Shown: positions 23,988 through 38,199, counted from the first letter of the whole stretch. The stretch: 62,521 bases of DNA, filler included, from Choristocarpus tenellus KU-1152 (GCA_964200185.2; 11 parts of 11 records of this genome joined end to end with filler, not necessarily neighbours in it); one strand, 5' to 3'. Made by a program: numbers and translations. Notes: generated by a model from the letters alone, not told the origin.

Positions 23988-25889
23988 TATTATTATATAA
24001 TTAAATAATACTACATACGAAATAGAGCGAGGGAGTGGAGGATCTCCTGATCAGGTAGGAATGGGGGGTGCAAGTCAAGAAGGAAAAGTATTGATAGGTG
24101 GGGACTTGAGCAGCGAAGCGGGAAGCTCAGGAGTGCTTTGCAAACCCTGACTCAGCGGTGAATATGAATTATCCACAACAAGTGGGGAGTGGAAGCTCAT
24201 TAGTGCCTGTTTAAACCTTTCTTAAGAAACGGAAAACATATGGGGGCGGGCACCACTATGTTTCAGGGCCAACAATACCATTAGGAAAGGATGAAGAAAT
24301 ACCACATTGTGGGTCATAGACATTTGGTAACGTGAGGGATCCCACACCTGGACAAAGATCAGACCGTTCCCAGTTTCAGACGGGATTAGGTGAGAAGAAG
24401 TGGCTGCAGGTCCCATCATAAGAGCGTAAAAAATAACTCCTCAGTGTGAAAGGGTGAACCTGAGTTTGATTGTGGGAACAGGGACTCGAAAAGTGGCCTA
24501 GTTAGTAGGGAATCAGATGGTTTATAATAGGTGAAGGAGTTCGGACATTGCACAGTCGGCCTAGGAATGGATGCTGGACCATATGGTAGATTGACCTGGA
24601 TAGCCATAGTGGGTTAAGGTAAATTGGATAGTATGGTTGGTCTAGCAAATGATCCTACGTTTAGTCCAGCCCCGTCGGGCACTAAGGTTCATCTTGGTGT
24701 ACAGGATCCCACAGTGGGTCCAGTGGGTTAAATCCGGGCGAATGGTGTCATGAGTTGAGACCTTACAGTCATTTCAGACTTTTTGGACCTGTTGATCCTC
24801 TTAAGGTTTTGAACAAGGCGGTTGGTCTAGATGAAACGGATTCTATGGTGGTCTGTGCGTTTTCCTTTCCTCCTTGCGAGCTAGAACTAGTAGTGGAGGT
24901 CAATATATTTTGGAATGATAAGATCGATATTGTATGGTATTGGCAAAAATGTTGATATGATACGATATTAGAGAAGTACTTGGCGAAATAGGCAGATTGT
25001 TTCTGCACTTCGTCAATTTTTGACATTTTCTGTTGCAAGGGAAGTGTAGTGCCTAAGAAGGTTTCGTGGATGGAATGAACAGGTAACTTTGAGGTTCTTT
25101 CGTGAGAGTGTAGAGCTCAAACTGTCTAAAATTCACTGCGGGTAGGATATAGAAGTCAGTTAACTACACACCAGTTGAAATGTGAATGTTGTCACAATGA
25201 CGTTTGACCGGGTGGTATTGATATAGAAAATGTGTGCTTGAGAGAGTTGGAGAAAAGGTAATCACTCAACCAGTTTTGGGGGTCAATCCTTCTGCCATTA
25301 ATCAAAGTTCTACCCATCATAATGTCAGATGAGAGTCAGGTGAGCAACCTGGACAATGTACTTGACTATGCAAGCGAAGATGACAATGATAAAGAAGAGA
25401 ATGATACAGAAGGAGGAAACCTGATGCATGGCAAGGAATCCAAACCCTAACCCTATTGCTAGGTTCGACCTGCAAGATTGAAGAGGATCATCGAAAAGTC
25501 CCTTAGCTTAGTGCGCATTGCCAATCCTTGACCCTCAGATGAAGGGTCTCCCCTGAGTGGATGAGATGGAGAGGTATGGATAAGTACCTTCATGATTATA
25601 TTTCTTTGAAGAAATACTACAGTAGTTTTCTGCTGTCAGCAAATAGGCTGTGTGCTTCTCATAACTATGAATAATGCAAAAAGAATGCAATGTGAACTCA
25701 TCGATTCCTTCCCACCATACAGGTACTATACTACTGGGGCTTAATTAAGACAGAGGTGAAGAAGATCTCTACAGGCTTTTTGGATCCATTGGAGGAAGAT
25801 TAGGAAGCCTAAGCAGAAGGAAATATGTGTGAGAGGGGAGATGCATTGTCGTCTGAGTATGAGAGCAACCAGCATTTCAGCATGACTAA

Positions 25890-26149
25890 GAGTGAAAGTA
25901 TCTTAGAGGGTACGATTTTTGCCCTTTTTGTCTATTTGGGACTTGGCTTCCCACGAGTTCTTTTATAACGTTTTACCTACTCCCAAATGCTTCGGAGTAT
26001 GTAAAATGTGTATGTTATGAGAAGGTGTGTAGAGAATAAGGATATTGACATCTCCTAACAAACATGATAGTCAAAATTACATCAAAATTGCAACATTGGA
26101 TTTTGACCCCCAAATGGACACGGCTCTACCCTCCAAGATACTTTGACTC
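25890..26149. mobile_element. MITE family A, complete copy (opposite orientation to 3587)
   Basis: gagtgaaagtatcttagagggtac ... ctaccctccaagatactttgactc. Confidence 0.9.
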
Positions 26150-26439
26150 TAAAGAACTAAAGTAAACGAGAGATACCCAGGTTTGTATTTAAAGGATGCT
26201 GACAAATACGCAAAATTAAGCTCTTTTGTACTAATGTATATAGAGATTTCTCTGAATTATGTCAAAACTCTTCAAACACTAGAGAAATCATTGTTCTCAA
26301 ATCAATCTTACTAATGTCCGTAGTTGGTGACATTGTGGTACAGCCCTCTTCTTATGGGGTTGACCTTTGTGCCTAAGTTTGGAAGGGGTGGTAGGTGGCA
26401 GGAAATCATAGTGATAGTCGTGACAATGCAGTATCCTGT

Positions 26440-26693
26440 GTGAGCCCAGAGAAATCGAGAGGTAGGTAAGTTTGGGCCCTTATGCAATCTAAGTCGTCTT
26501 TCTTACTCTGTGCAATACGCTATATTTCATTGCTTTATGTGTACAATAGTGTATGCTAAGTTGAGATTTCCCTTTCCGCAAAAAAAGTGACATGATCGAG
26601 GAAAGACTCTTTCTGCGATCGTAAAAATGGAGTCTTTTAGCCCTTTCCTGGGATCCTAAAAAGGTAAATTTGCCTACTTCTCAGTTACTTCAG
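26440..26693. mobile_element. MITE family C, diverged copy
   Basis: gagaggtaggtaagtttgg...ggatcc...tgcctacttctc; homologous to 264-521. Confidence 0.65.
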
Positions 26694-26765
26694 CACTCTA
26701 CAGTGCTCGTGCCACCCCTGCCTGGAGGTGGTCCTCTGTCTACATGGGTGTAGGGTGAAAGAGTG

Positions 26766-27028
26766 GTGAGCCAAACTAATTGAGAGGTAGGCAGGTTTGG
26801 ACCTTTTTTTTTCTAAGCTGTTTTTCTCACTGTGTACAGTACACTCTTATTTCATCGCTTTATGGGCACAACAATGTCCTCAAAATCGATATTCCCCCTT
26901 TTCACACACAACATGACAGTGCAATTCAGCAAAGGTTCCTCCTGAAATTGTACAAAATGGGATGTTTTTGCCCTCTTTCGGGATCCTTGGAATGCAACCC
27001 TGCCTGCCTCTCAACCTGTTTGACTCAG
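26766..27028. mobile_element. MITE family C copy
   Basis: gtgagccaaactaattgagaggtaggc ... gcctgcctctcaacctgtttgactcag followed by TA. Confidence 0.75.
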
Positions 27029-29179
27029 TACATTCTATGGTGCACTATTTTCTATTTTGCAGAAGCTAAGTTTGCCTTCCTCATGTCACCCCTGATATTG
27101 CACTGACAGTCGACCCATGTGACTGACACAACTCGATTTTAGCATGTATATCGTTGTATAAACTTCGAATTATATTACTAATATATATATGTAACGTATG
27201 TGTATCACCAAACACTTAACCGCCTCTTTACTCATATTACAAGTGATACAAGATTATGATCCCTTACTATCTGCTCTGTGAGTACATTGGAGATAGGGGG
27301 TACTATCTCTTGTGGTGAATGGAGACGATTGAGGGCGAATTATGTCATTTTGGCTCCCAATATCAAACCAATAGATCAACAATGTCAAAAGTTCAACTTC
27401 AAAATAATATGATGTAGTTGACATTTGATATTGGAATATGAAATACGAAAGATTTTCTACTCTGTTGAGATATGTATATATATCAAAAATAGTTCGGATA
27501 TATAAGTTTACTTCTTTCGGGATTCTTCATATATATATTTGAATCGTGTGATTCTGTGGCGGTGTGGTTCACTCAGGTAAGGGTGGTGAAGAGAATCACT
27601 GGGCAAGACGGACCAGACGGACCAAGATAAACGTAACTGAGAGTACGAGGTGAAGGTTTTAGAAGTTCAAGACTGCTAGGGCTTGCAGGGAAAATTGAGG
27701 AGTGGTGAGCATCTTCAGAGAGGGGGATTCATCACCACAAGTCAAGACGTGAGAACAAAGTGAATCTTTCATGTGTAACAACTCTGAATGAAGAGCAGTC
27801 CCAAATCTGTGGGACTGGTCTCTTGAAGAGATTCCATGGTTTCATTCTGACGGAAGGTCTGCCAGTGGAATCATGGATGCATGACAAGGAATCTCAATCG
27901 GTACAACGGTACAACGACACAACGGTATATTTCATACGGAAATAACGGTATAAAAACAAACATTTTTTCCACGTTATCCCCCCTTCTGATCGGCCTTGAA
28001 GAGGGGATTCGCAAAATTGAGGATGGCGCGGGACTATGAGCANNNNNNNNNNNNNNNNNNNNNNNNNNNNNNNNNNNNNNNNNNNNTTAATTAATTAANN
28101 NNNNNNNNNNNNNNNNNNNNNNNNNNNNNNNNNNNNNNNNNNGCAACATGTTCTGCTGCAAACGACCATTCCCCTGCTACCTCTAATGCCCTCATTATCC
28201 GCATCAATCCCCCCCCCCTCCCAGATGCTTTGACCTAGAGCATAGATTGAGCAGCAGGGTGTCAATATGGTCAACTACAAAATACTTGACACCACCTACC
28301 ATAGAACAAAAGTGTAGGCACCTCACAACTAAGTCCGACACCATTTCTTATATTGACTCGTCTCTACCATGCAACAAGATTGTACTGGTCATGTCACACA
28401 CATTTGATTCTGTGCCTCTCACCTCTGAGCAATATGTGTGCATACCACAAGGAGATGTAGACACTTTGGAGGACTCAATTTATTGAGCACAATTTATGCA
28501 TCTCATTCTATCAAAAAGATCACACTCGTTCTACATTTGTTTGCCCTGCATCCTCCTTGCTATTTCAGTCTTGACATCACCTCCTCCTAAGAATGACTAC
28601 CTTTATTATACCATTTTGGTCGATTGTCTGAAAGTACTAGAGGTAACTTATTTAGATACATACTATGCATTGATGGAAGAAGTGAGGTCTTTTCTGGACG
28701 GTGAAATGTGTGTTTTCTAAGGAAAAGAGAGTACAAATAGTAATTGGTAGTAGAAATAACTTCATGTTTTCACACTTCGCAGTATTATTTCAAGCACACT
28801 AAAATTTTGTAAAACTAAATTAGGGACTACTATTACATTTTCAAAAGAAATCGAGGATATTTTGAGTTGTATCATTGTCTAAATTGTTTTTTGTTTTGAC
28901 TGTTGGGCTCCCGAAAATTGTCTTTTTACGTTGTGGATAGTAGTGCTTTGTCCGCTTTGAGTCATCACTATGTAACAAATTCTATATAGTGGAAGTGAGT
29001 AAATATTGATTTGCTTTCTTCTAATAATGTGTACCTACAAACATATATATATATATCGTGCGAAATCCGCAAGCAACAAGTACCTGCTTTTTTGCGGGAC
29101 AACCGAAAGAAACTGTGCCAAGGAGCAGCAGAGTGAGCAGACCAGTTCCACTTTACAGCACCAAAGAGACCGAGTCAGT

Positions 29180-30070
29180 ATCTCGACATCCATACAAAGA
29201 AGTGATAGTATTGAGCTGTCCTTGACGATATGTTGTCGCACACGAACAGTTATATTATTGTTCATTACCTTTATCACAGTTGTGAAGAGAGTGAGACACC
29301 ATCACTACTAGATGGGGCTCACCAAACCTTACCGTAAATGACTCAGAATACCAAATGACTCAACAGTTCTCTAGCACACGTCAGAAACACTCTGACTCTA
29401 ACATTCCGCCAATTGCTTCTGGTCAAATACCTGCCCTAAATATCCTTAATGTCCCGCATCATCGTATTTGCGTACATAAAATAATACTTCGAATCTTATT
29501 CTCACAAATGGTCAGGCATAATATTGACGGACAGCCTGGGTGAAATCGCTGTCAACATATCGTATTGAAGATTGGATCATGTCATGCTTTCTGCACAGAA
29601 AATAATGGGCATAGACTGGAAGCAAAACCAGAATATAATAGAGGGAGTGACTGGGAGGCAGAAGATAAATTGGTCCCCATGATGATGGCTCATGGTTTGT
29701 TCTGAATTTGTTCATGAACGATGAACGAAAGACATGTTGATCGAGTATAATTGATTTGATACACATAATAATTGTTACGGTTATCTTTGGTTGTACTGGT
29801 TGCTCCTACCACTACTACTCTCAATCAGTAGAGTATGCATGCCTGTGAAATGCAGTAGTAGTAGGAAGTAGTAGTGTTATTATATATATATATATATATA
29901 TGCGATGCCTAATTGATGCCCTGTATGTTCGTCTACTGGGCAGACAAGGGCATTCCCAGGAAAATGTATACTATGTGCGCTAGGCACCCCAATCTCTCGC
30001 AAACGACTGAAGTTTGCAACTATCAAGTCTCCATTACAAGTCACTAAGATATAACATGGCCTCCTCATCT
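29180..30070 (-). pseudogene. PIF/Harbinger (DDE_Tnp_4-like) transposase relic
   Basis: 'FPGNALVCPVDEH', 'DAGH*GYL', 'TCAR/RTVESFGIL' (compare SRARRVVENAFGIL) and 'HIVKDSSILSLLCMD' (compare IV.ACC+LHN.C) in the expected order. Confidence 0.45.
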
Positions 30071-30299
30071 AGTGCCTCCTCGACAAAAGAGTTGGAATAT
30101 GATTGAAAAACGGGTGGTATACCTACGTCACACACCACACCCACATGTTTTCTGTCATTAGGTGGGGAAAGGCTAGAGCTAGATCACTTCTAGGTAGGGG
30201 GAGATACCAAACACACCAATAATAATATATCCTGGGAGTGAGTGCATTGAATAGTATTCCTTATTATTATGCTGGATATTATCGATAGTGATATCCTCT

Positions 30300-33200
30300 T
30301 TTTCTGTCCTTGATGACGTCCATTGCTCCTTCCCCCTGCACATAAAAGCATTGAATAAAAACAATGGACTATTCCTGCCATACAAACACAAGAGTACTAT
30401 GGACCTTGTACCATCCACTCCACTACTCCACACCAAGTCCTTCTGCATACACAACTAAAATATCAAACGCATTCACCCCCCCCTTTTTTTAATCCCCAGT
30501 GATAAGGGGAAAACCTGTGCCTTAAACTAATTTATCCACGTGGTGGTTACTGCAAGCAGTCCGTCCCACTTCCTTTTTGTAGTCAAGTAGGGCGTTACCT
30601 GCCACCACCCTGTCTTTTTGTTAGCCTGTGCGTAAGCAATATGAGGTCCCTGCTCAGAAAAAAAAGCTAACCATTGGAACCACTAAGGGGGTGCATCCGC
30701 TAAGTCAGCAGATGATGCAGTACTACAGTGCCACAAGAATCTCACAATCGAATAACACAATACTCAAGTCAGATAAAAACCTACTCACCGTCCGCCAAGC
30801 CAACCTAATGGAAAATGAGTCAGAAGAGCTTGACGGGGGGGCAGGTGGTAACTTACAGAGTCAACAACCAATGCAATACAGTGTCACCAGGATCGCAACC
30901 TCCAATTTCACAAAACATACCACATGCCCATACCAATCAATCACACTCACCCAAACAAGACACTTGGGTGAAAAATAAACTGACAGGGCGGGCAACTGCA
31001 CCCTGCCTCACAACAATTCCGTTGTCTCCCTTTCCTACTTCCACCTGACCCCCGTCATCCACAAAGTACTCCATAAGCTCTTCCTCCTTGTGCAAATATT
31101 TCAATACCATCATCCACACTGAACACTGCATCAGATCATAACATGCACCACTGGACTAATGCTCTTACATAAATACTACACATACATAAAAAGAAAACAA
31201 AAATAATTAAATATTCAGTGCGCCAGGAGGCCACTCTCAGCCCAAGCATTGACAAATCACGCAGCGGAACGATACAACCTCAATACATTGACATTTACCC
31301 CCCACCCCCACCTACATACTCCTAACCTACCATTTCCCTCACAATTCATCAATACCAAGCCAGCATGACTATCTCAGACTGCTTGGTTTGGCCTTCAGTT
31401 TGGAAATAAGAACAAAATATTTCACATGTGGTGGTCAAGAGGAGAGGTAATACAGACAAAACCGCAACTAAAAATCGAGCACATCACACTCATGCATGCG
31501 TGTCTGATACAACCAGATTAACTCCCAATCCCCCATTCCATGAAATGAGTCCAAACCATCTTCTGCCAAGAACCCATGGTAACATACATAAATACTACTT
31601 TCAAAAATGAAATACGCAAATCATTCAGGTCCAATTAGTCAAATCAGAGTCCTCTATGCAACAGAGGAAACCCATGTGAATGATTGAGGGATAATCACAA
31701 TCAGAAAAGATTCTATCATATTCAAGTACTTCAAGTCTCCATCCTCTAGCACCACACTACACCTGTGGCAAGGAATTTACTACTTCCCTTCCCTACCATA
31801 TACTTTAATCCTGGAATCCACTGCCATACAGAACTTTGCATATCATTTTGAAAACCCCTCTAACAAACTCCTGCCTCATCCTATCCTACCCTCCTCATAA
31901 AAGTCACGCTAACCTACAATGAAGTGAAAGTAAAACAATCCTCCTGCAAGTCAGAAGAAAAAAAAAAGAAAATCTCCCAAACAGCATGGTTGCTTTTAGG
32001 GATTGACGGACCGAGACATTCTCTGACCCAACCAACACACTTTGCACGTCAGGCACAGGGATCCTTCCATCCTCTTTCCATTTTATGCGCCACCTCTCAG
32101 AGTGTCCTTAAAAGCATGCCTGGGAAGCAATGTCCATGGATAGTAGCCCCAAAACTCCAACAATAAACATAGCACAAAATCTCAGATAGCTGAACTCATC
32201 TCTCATCCAATCAGAGCACATTCTCAGAGGAAGTCCATCACCCAAAAAAGTGTCTCCCCTCCTACCCTAATGTAACTGTACACCTATCCAGATATCATGG
32301 TTAGGTTAGCCACTCCTTGCAGGCCGCGGAAGTACATCCTCCCCTTCCACCCACATGTCCTCACTCCATTCAATAAGCATCCCATTCTCGACCGAGATAC
32401 TTATGAAAAACCCTACCCCTTCCCCAAGACCTCACCCTCCCCAAAAAAACACTGCACACACTACACACACACTATCACACTACTGTCATCTCTTAGCTGT
32501 ATCCATTACGGGGTCCCATGTGGAAAGAGGCTTCAGTTGCTCTCGGATAGTCACTATGAGAAACAGCAACAGACAAGAAATAGCAGGCAGTGATGGGGGC
32601 AGTGCAAGGCAAGGTAAGACAAGGCATGCCACATAAGATTGGGCAAGTGAAACCATAACCAAGAGGTGGACCATGAAGAGAGTGGCTCTATACTGAGCTT
32701 GAACACAACATCCAAGTTGGGGCATCACAAAATTGACAACAACAAAAAAACGTCTGGTCAAAAAGAGGTGGCACATTTTAGATCCACAGGAGCACAAAAA
32801 GGTTACTGAACAACCATCCAATAACTCGCGTAACCCATTTATCAGAAAATTTCCATATATCCCCAAGCATTCAATGATCTGTCTCTACCTCTGACCTGAA
32901 CGAATCATTCGAATCTTCTGATACTAGACGATGGTGTGATCTGGAATGGACACTAGCCTCCTGCCCGTAACGGTTTGTTGGAGGGAGAGCCCGCTCCTGG
33001 TCATGCTGCACAGTACGATCGTTCCTGGAAAGACCCTCTGCACTGGCCCCATTCACTCCTTCACGACCATGCACAGACCCACGTTCAGGCCTTGTCCCCC
33101 TCATGCCTCGATCTCTTCCCCTTGCACCGTTGGGTGCAACAAAACCATCCGACTCTTGAGAAGGCCGCCTGAATTTTTTTTTTTTTATCAAGAGGATCAA

Positions 33201-33839
33201 CTTAAGTAAAATTGAGGGATGGCACTGAACATAACATTCTTCATGGGGAACAGAAAGCGCAGAGCGGGGTCGGCAGTTTTACAAGGTAATATAGTTGAGA
33301 GGAGAATATTGGTGTACGATAGATTCTGGGAAAAGAATGCTCTGATGTTGGGGAGGGGTGGGGGGTGGGGGTGGGGGTGGGGGTGGGGGCAACACAGTGC
33401 AGGGGAAGTGTATTTCTTGGCACTGGTATTCTAAAGTCTTCATGTCACCGTATACAAAAAAGCTTCGCAGAAGAGATGACTTGGTCTGAAATAGAAACAT
33501 ACCAACAAAGACAATATATATATATATTCATTCATTACCAAAACAACTACTTGTTCACTCCAAAGCACACCTCCTGTGGGGCCTCGCCACCCTGGCATCA
33601 GGTGGTCTCTCAATATGCTGCTGCGTATCAATCCTGGTATAGTAACCACCATCCTCTCCACGACCACCATGACCTCCAGAAAATGGCCCCCTACTCTCAT
33701 GAACTCCATTCGGTCCATTCCCACTGCGCCGGGAACCCGCCTTGGACCTCTCTGTTGCCCTCATTCCCCCCCCCCCAGGATCATGCTGACCCCGATCAGC
33801 CCCTACCCCGGGCCCGTGCTCTGCCTCCTTCCTGGGGCC
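30300..33839 (-). CDS. Partial multi-exon hypothetical G/R-rich protein (clear exons about 33839-33571 and 33170-32890; small 3' exons uncertain)
   Basis: Open, GC-rich segments with GT-AG edges; no recognisable domain. Confidence 0.5.
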
Positions 33840-34329
33840 NNNNNNNNNNNNNNNNNNNNNNNNNNNNNNNNNNNNNNNNNNNNTTAATTAATTAANNNNN
33901 NNNNNNNNNNNNNNNNNNNNNNNNNNNNNNNNNNNNNNNCTTGGCCACCCTTCCTACGCGGGGGGGTAGACGGGGGGGTTGCCATGCCGACGTTCTTACC
34001 CTCAACGCGCCCAGTTCTGGTCTCAAAATCACCCCCAAAGACCCCTACTTTGACGGGTTGAAGCACCTCGAGTTTGTACCTGATTATCCTCGAATCCAAC
34101 TTTCTGAAAGCTGAGATTGTCAGCCCGATTTCATTGTGTGGGGTTATCGTCCGATTCGGAACCTTTCTCGCTTAGCGAGTCCAGATGTTTCGTGGTACAA
34201 ACTTATGGCACAGAGGTAGTAGATAGATAGATAGGTGTTGTCTATTTTTCTATTTTGGAGGCTGAGCAATGGGGACGGAAAGCAACGTGTCGAGTGTTGA
34301 GCAAAGGGGGATTGAGAATGAAGAGGATA

Positions 34330-35040
34330 GAGGTTATCTCTTTGTCAAGGATGATATATCCAGGCTCATCGTCCACCTGAACCAGTTTCACAAGTAGGAA
34401 CACAGAGAGTCAATGATCAAGGCTGGCACATGCTCAACATTTGGCAAGACGAGGAGGGGATCATCAATTGGTGATAGATGGCATGATGAGAGTGAACGTT
34501 GTGTCAAATAGTTCGCACCCTTTAATTGGACAAGTCGCTTTTACTAGATAGATGTTGGTGTCCACAGTTTGGGGTTGGGACTTAGCCCAGGAAACAAACG
34601 ACACAATCAACTGTCCCGTCGACCCATTCTCACTCAATAGCAGCGAGTGCCAGGATGTCAGTGATCACTCATTTCCTAGAGGAGAGAGTGCCTGGTGCAC
34701 ATCATCAGAGGTCACAACAAATGTTCTTGTTGTGGTATGCAATTATCCGGAGACCACAGTATATGGTGCATGACATCAGGTTCTAGGTGTCTACAGGCAC
34801 CTACCTAGGAGGCTATGTCGGTGAAGCCATGCACCTAAGCAGTTTCGACGAGATTCTTATTGGGCTGTGTTGAGGGAAAGAGATTTGTTCTCTAGGTCCT
34901 CAAGGCGCACCTGGACTTCTACAGAGACTCTGGGGTGAAACAGACACATCTGTTCGCTGCAGTTGGATCTGGATGCACCCCCTATGTCATCAAACACAAA
35001 CACACATTTGTACTGCCACCCTGGAAAACTTCAAGCTTCA
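34330..35040 (+). pseudogene. Possible second piggyBac-like transposase relic
   Basis: 'ISRLIVHLNQF..ESMIKAGTCS' resembles K+R.L+..LN..F...DESMIKF.GR; 'CTPYVIKHKHTF' resembles P..I..YN..M. Confidence 0.3.
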
Positions 35041-36199
35041 TCATTTCGAGAACAGGGATGGTCTGCCAGAGTGCAATGAGAGGGACCTCCTAGGGTGTGT
35101 AGCGGTGTGAGTCATGCTAGAAACCTCAACCACCTTGGGAAACCGTGGAAGCACTGAAACCTCTGTACAGAGTGCCGTGAAAAACAGTGGAAGGACACTA
35201 CCAAAGCATGCTTTCCCCACATGTCTTGTTTTAATTGCCATTGTCATAGTGTGCGATTTGTCTAGCAGTAGACCCTACAGTCCCGTACCTTAGTTTTCCG
35301 AAATAACAATTATCGTACCTAACAACGTACATAATATTTTATTATTATGCCCTCTGACATTTTCCAGATGTGTCAGGGGGGAAACAAATGAAAACGTACA
35401 TAATATAGTAGATCTAGATACTCGACCATACTATGGTTTTTCAAAAAGTAGTAACAGTTACTATGCCGTGTACTGTAGAGTATATCAAATGTATTCAGTA
35501 GTCAGTCCGTGCTGGCAAACTGTACTTTCAGATTACCAAAATGCAGGAAAGATTCTACTGATGCGACAAGGACTCAAGCGTGACCACGACCCGTTTGAAG
35601 ATCCTGTGAGTGCTCACAAAAGAACAGAGCCTCATTGAGACGGATCAGGAGTCTTGTTGAGAAACCCAAGGCGAACACTTCGAAATTATGGTATGAAAGG
35701 TGTGGTCGCCTTAATCTGGGCAGCATTCAATTTCTACAGATAATCTAAATTAAGGAGTGCATTTCCATCAGAAAATCTTATTGCTCGATGTGTAACAAAG
35801 GCAAACACAACAGATCAGCCAAATATATAACTACAACTGCAGGCAAACTATCAGAAGACTACTACACTTGTTTTTTTATCTTGTTGGTCAATTTAAATAA
35901 AGATGTCAGGTGACGTTTGATCCTTGACTACCCACTATCATGCTTTTGCCTTATCTGAAAACCTTGGCTGCTATATCGAGATGTCAAAAATATTTATAAA
36001 ATCATTTTGGCATGATGAACCTCGTTTCACATCAATGATGATGTTAGAATTGAGAAGCAATGCTGAGCCATTGCCACCTCTTGACTTTGAAGCTCATAGG
36101 CTAGGGTTTTTTTGTTGGTTCGTCACCTTGGTGTTTGGGGTTCGTGTGGATTAGCGGTGTGCATATACATAGATCCAGAATATGTCTAAGGGTTTCACA

Positions 36200-37000
36200 T
36201 ACATGGTAAGGTATCCCTAGAGGCTAGGGCTCATCGAAATACCCTTGTCGACTTGACGAGGGGTCGAAAAGCTCACATCTTTGCAATTAAACCACCCTCA
36301 TATCGACTAGAGTCATATTTTGTTCTTTAACAGCCTAAAGCTCACGACTATACAGAGAGCCTACTTTCTGAACAAATATATGAAAAGCAGCGGGCAGACT
36401 ACAACACAAGTTTCCTCGCCAGCAGTGTCAATCCTTTCCATGCTGAAAGAGGGAGCAGAAATGAGCGACAATGGAGATGAATTCACTGAATTGACGTTCC
36501 AAGAGGTCTGCACTGATCATCAGCAAGGTTTCACTTCAGTGTTCTCACCATAACCAAAATGAGTTTTTGAAAGAGAGTGGCGTTATATTTTTGATGTAGT
36601 GAGATGTTTTCTGGCAGACTCGACCTTGTCAAATTTTGTGGTCTGAAGCAGTGAAAGGATGGCCTTGTATCTAAAGAACAGATCATTGCAGTCCCCACCA
36701 CACGTATCTATATATGACATGGATTTGCCACCACTGAGTGTCTCCATAATTTGTGCAAGTTTGGTGCAGATTCGCTCGTGAGCACAGAAGTTCATACTTA
36801 TAAGTTGGATTCCCCTGCTTGGGTAGGAAGATCTGTCAGGTACATAAAACGCTCCTCTTACCATGGTTAGAGGCCTAAGACTGGTACCGTACTACTATCC
36901 AGAAGTGTGACGTTTAATGAGCTTGCTTGACCTACATTGCCTCGGTTTGAAGTCTTGAGTCGAGATATCTTCACAGTCGGGCATGTTTGAAGAAGAAAAT
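36200..37000 (-). mobile_element. Non-LTR (LINE) reverse transcriptase relic
   Basis: 'IFLPKQGNP', 'AILSLLQTTKFDKV' (compare LSLD.EKAFD+V), 'SFKNSFWLW' and 'CPLLF' in RT subdomain order, frameshifted. Confidence 0.55.
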
Positions 37001-37249
37001 GCCAGATGAAATCTCGAATTTTCAATATATATATATATATATATATGTTGTTGGGAGAACCCACGAATAACCAATGATAAAACTAGAAAAGACAGTGAAT
37101 CTAATCAAAAAGAATATTTAAAAATGATATCTCGTCACAGGTGAAGACGTTTAGTCACGAAATCACGTATTGAATGCAGACACCAGACAGAGCCGAGGAT
37201 AGTACTTTCTGAGCCAAGAGTGCTTCAAGGTTGATTAGCTTTCAGTAAA

Positions 37250-37499
37250 GAGTCGAGTTATCTTAGAGGGTAGAGCCGTGTCCGTTTGGGGTCCAAAATC
37301 CAATGTTGAGATTTTGAAGTAATTTTGGCTATCGTGTTTGTTAGGAGTGTCAATATCCTTGTGGTGGACAAAAAAAATGATAACGTACACATTTTACCGC
37401 CTCAAAAATATTTTTGGGCGAGGAAAATGTCACAAAAACAGGAAGCCAAGCCCCAAACGGACAATGGCAAAATTCGTACCCTCTAAGATACTTTCACTC
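37250..37499. mobile_element. MITE family A, complete copy
   Basis: gagtcgagttatcttagagggta ... taccctctaagatactttcactc. Confidence 0.9.
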
Positions 37500-38199
37500 G
37501 CACCTGGTGTGAGATGAGCTTCGACTGTTAGCGACAGTTAGGTCTACTTGATCTATGAACGACAGAAGTCCAACGGATTGATATGGAAATCATAATTAGG
37601 TTGGGCACTCCCTGATACGTAAATACCATCTGACTAACATTGATTCTAACGAAACAAATCTACATCTACTCGTCAATCAACTGACCTAGATGAAGATGCT
37701 ATATAGTACAGACTCTGGTATCTGTTTGTGGTTGTCCATCGACATATAAATAAATAACGAACTATCGCATCCTGATAAAGAAAAGTGGGCATGAAGGCAA
37801 TGAAGAGAGGGTCCATATTATCTTAGAGGGGGGAGAGTGTTTAGCACAGGTTGCCTATTCGGGGCTTGATGGGGTGTTGTAAGGTGCACAAATTTGATGC
37901 CCGTTTTTCGGGCGATTTTCCTTCGGGTTAGCTCTGGCCGGGGGAATGGAAAGATAGGTGCTGTCAGATGAAGCAAACTACCGCTACATCTCACACTTAG
38001 CTCAGGTGACATGAAAATCACAACAGGTTCACACTGGCCCCGAATGGACGCCTGCCTCCCTATCTAGTGTATACTATAGGCCAGAGAATTGAGTATGATA
38101 TCGAAAAATAACTGCCTGAACAGCAAAATAATTTCCTTAGGATTGATCTTCAGAAAAAAAACCTTGGAACAGTAAAACGAAAATTGGGAATACAAGCGA

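Noticed and set aside
24180-25880. Decayed coding-like sequence, possibly a transposase N-terminus
   Set aside because: No diagnostic motif could be identified by eye.
25887-26152. TAA TSD implying family A is a Tourist/Harbinger MITE
   Set aside because: Only one of six complete A copies shows it.
27560-27890. Copia integrase relic ('GIHHHKS', 'VPNLWDWSLE')
   Set aside because: Too short and degenerate to support.
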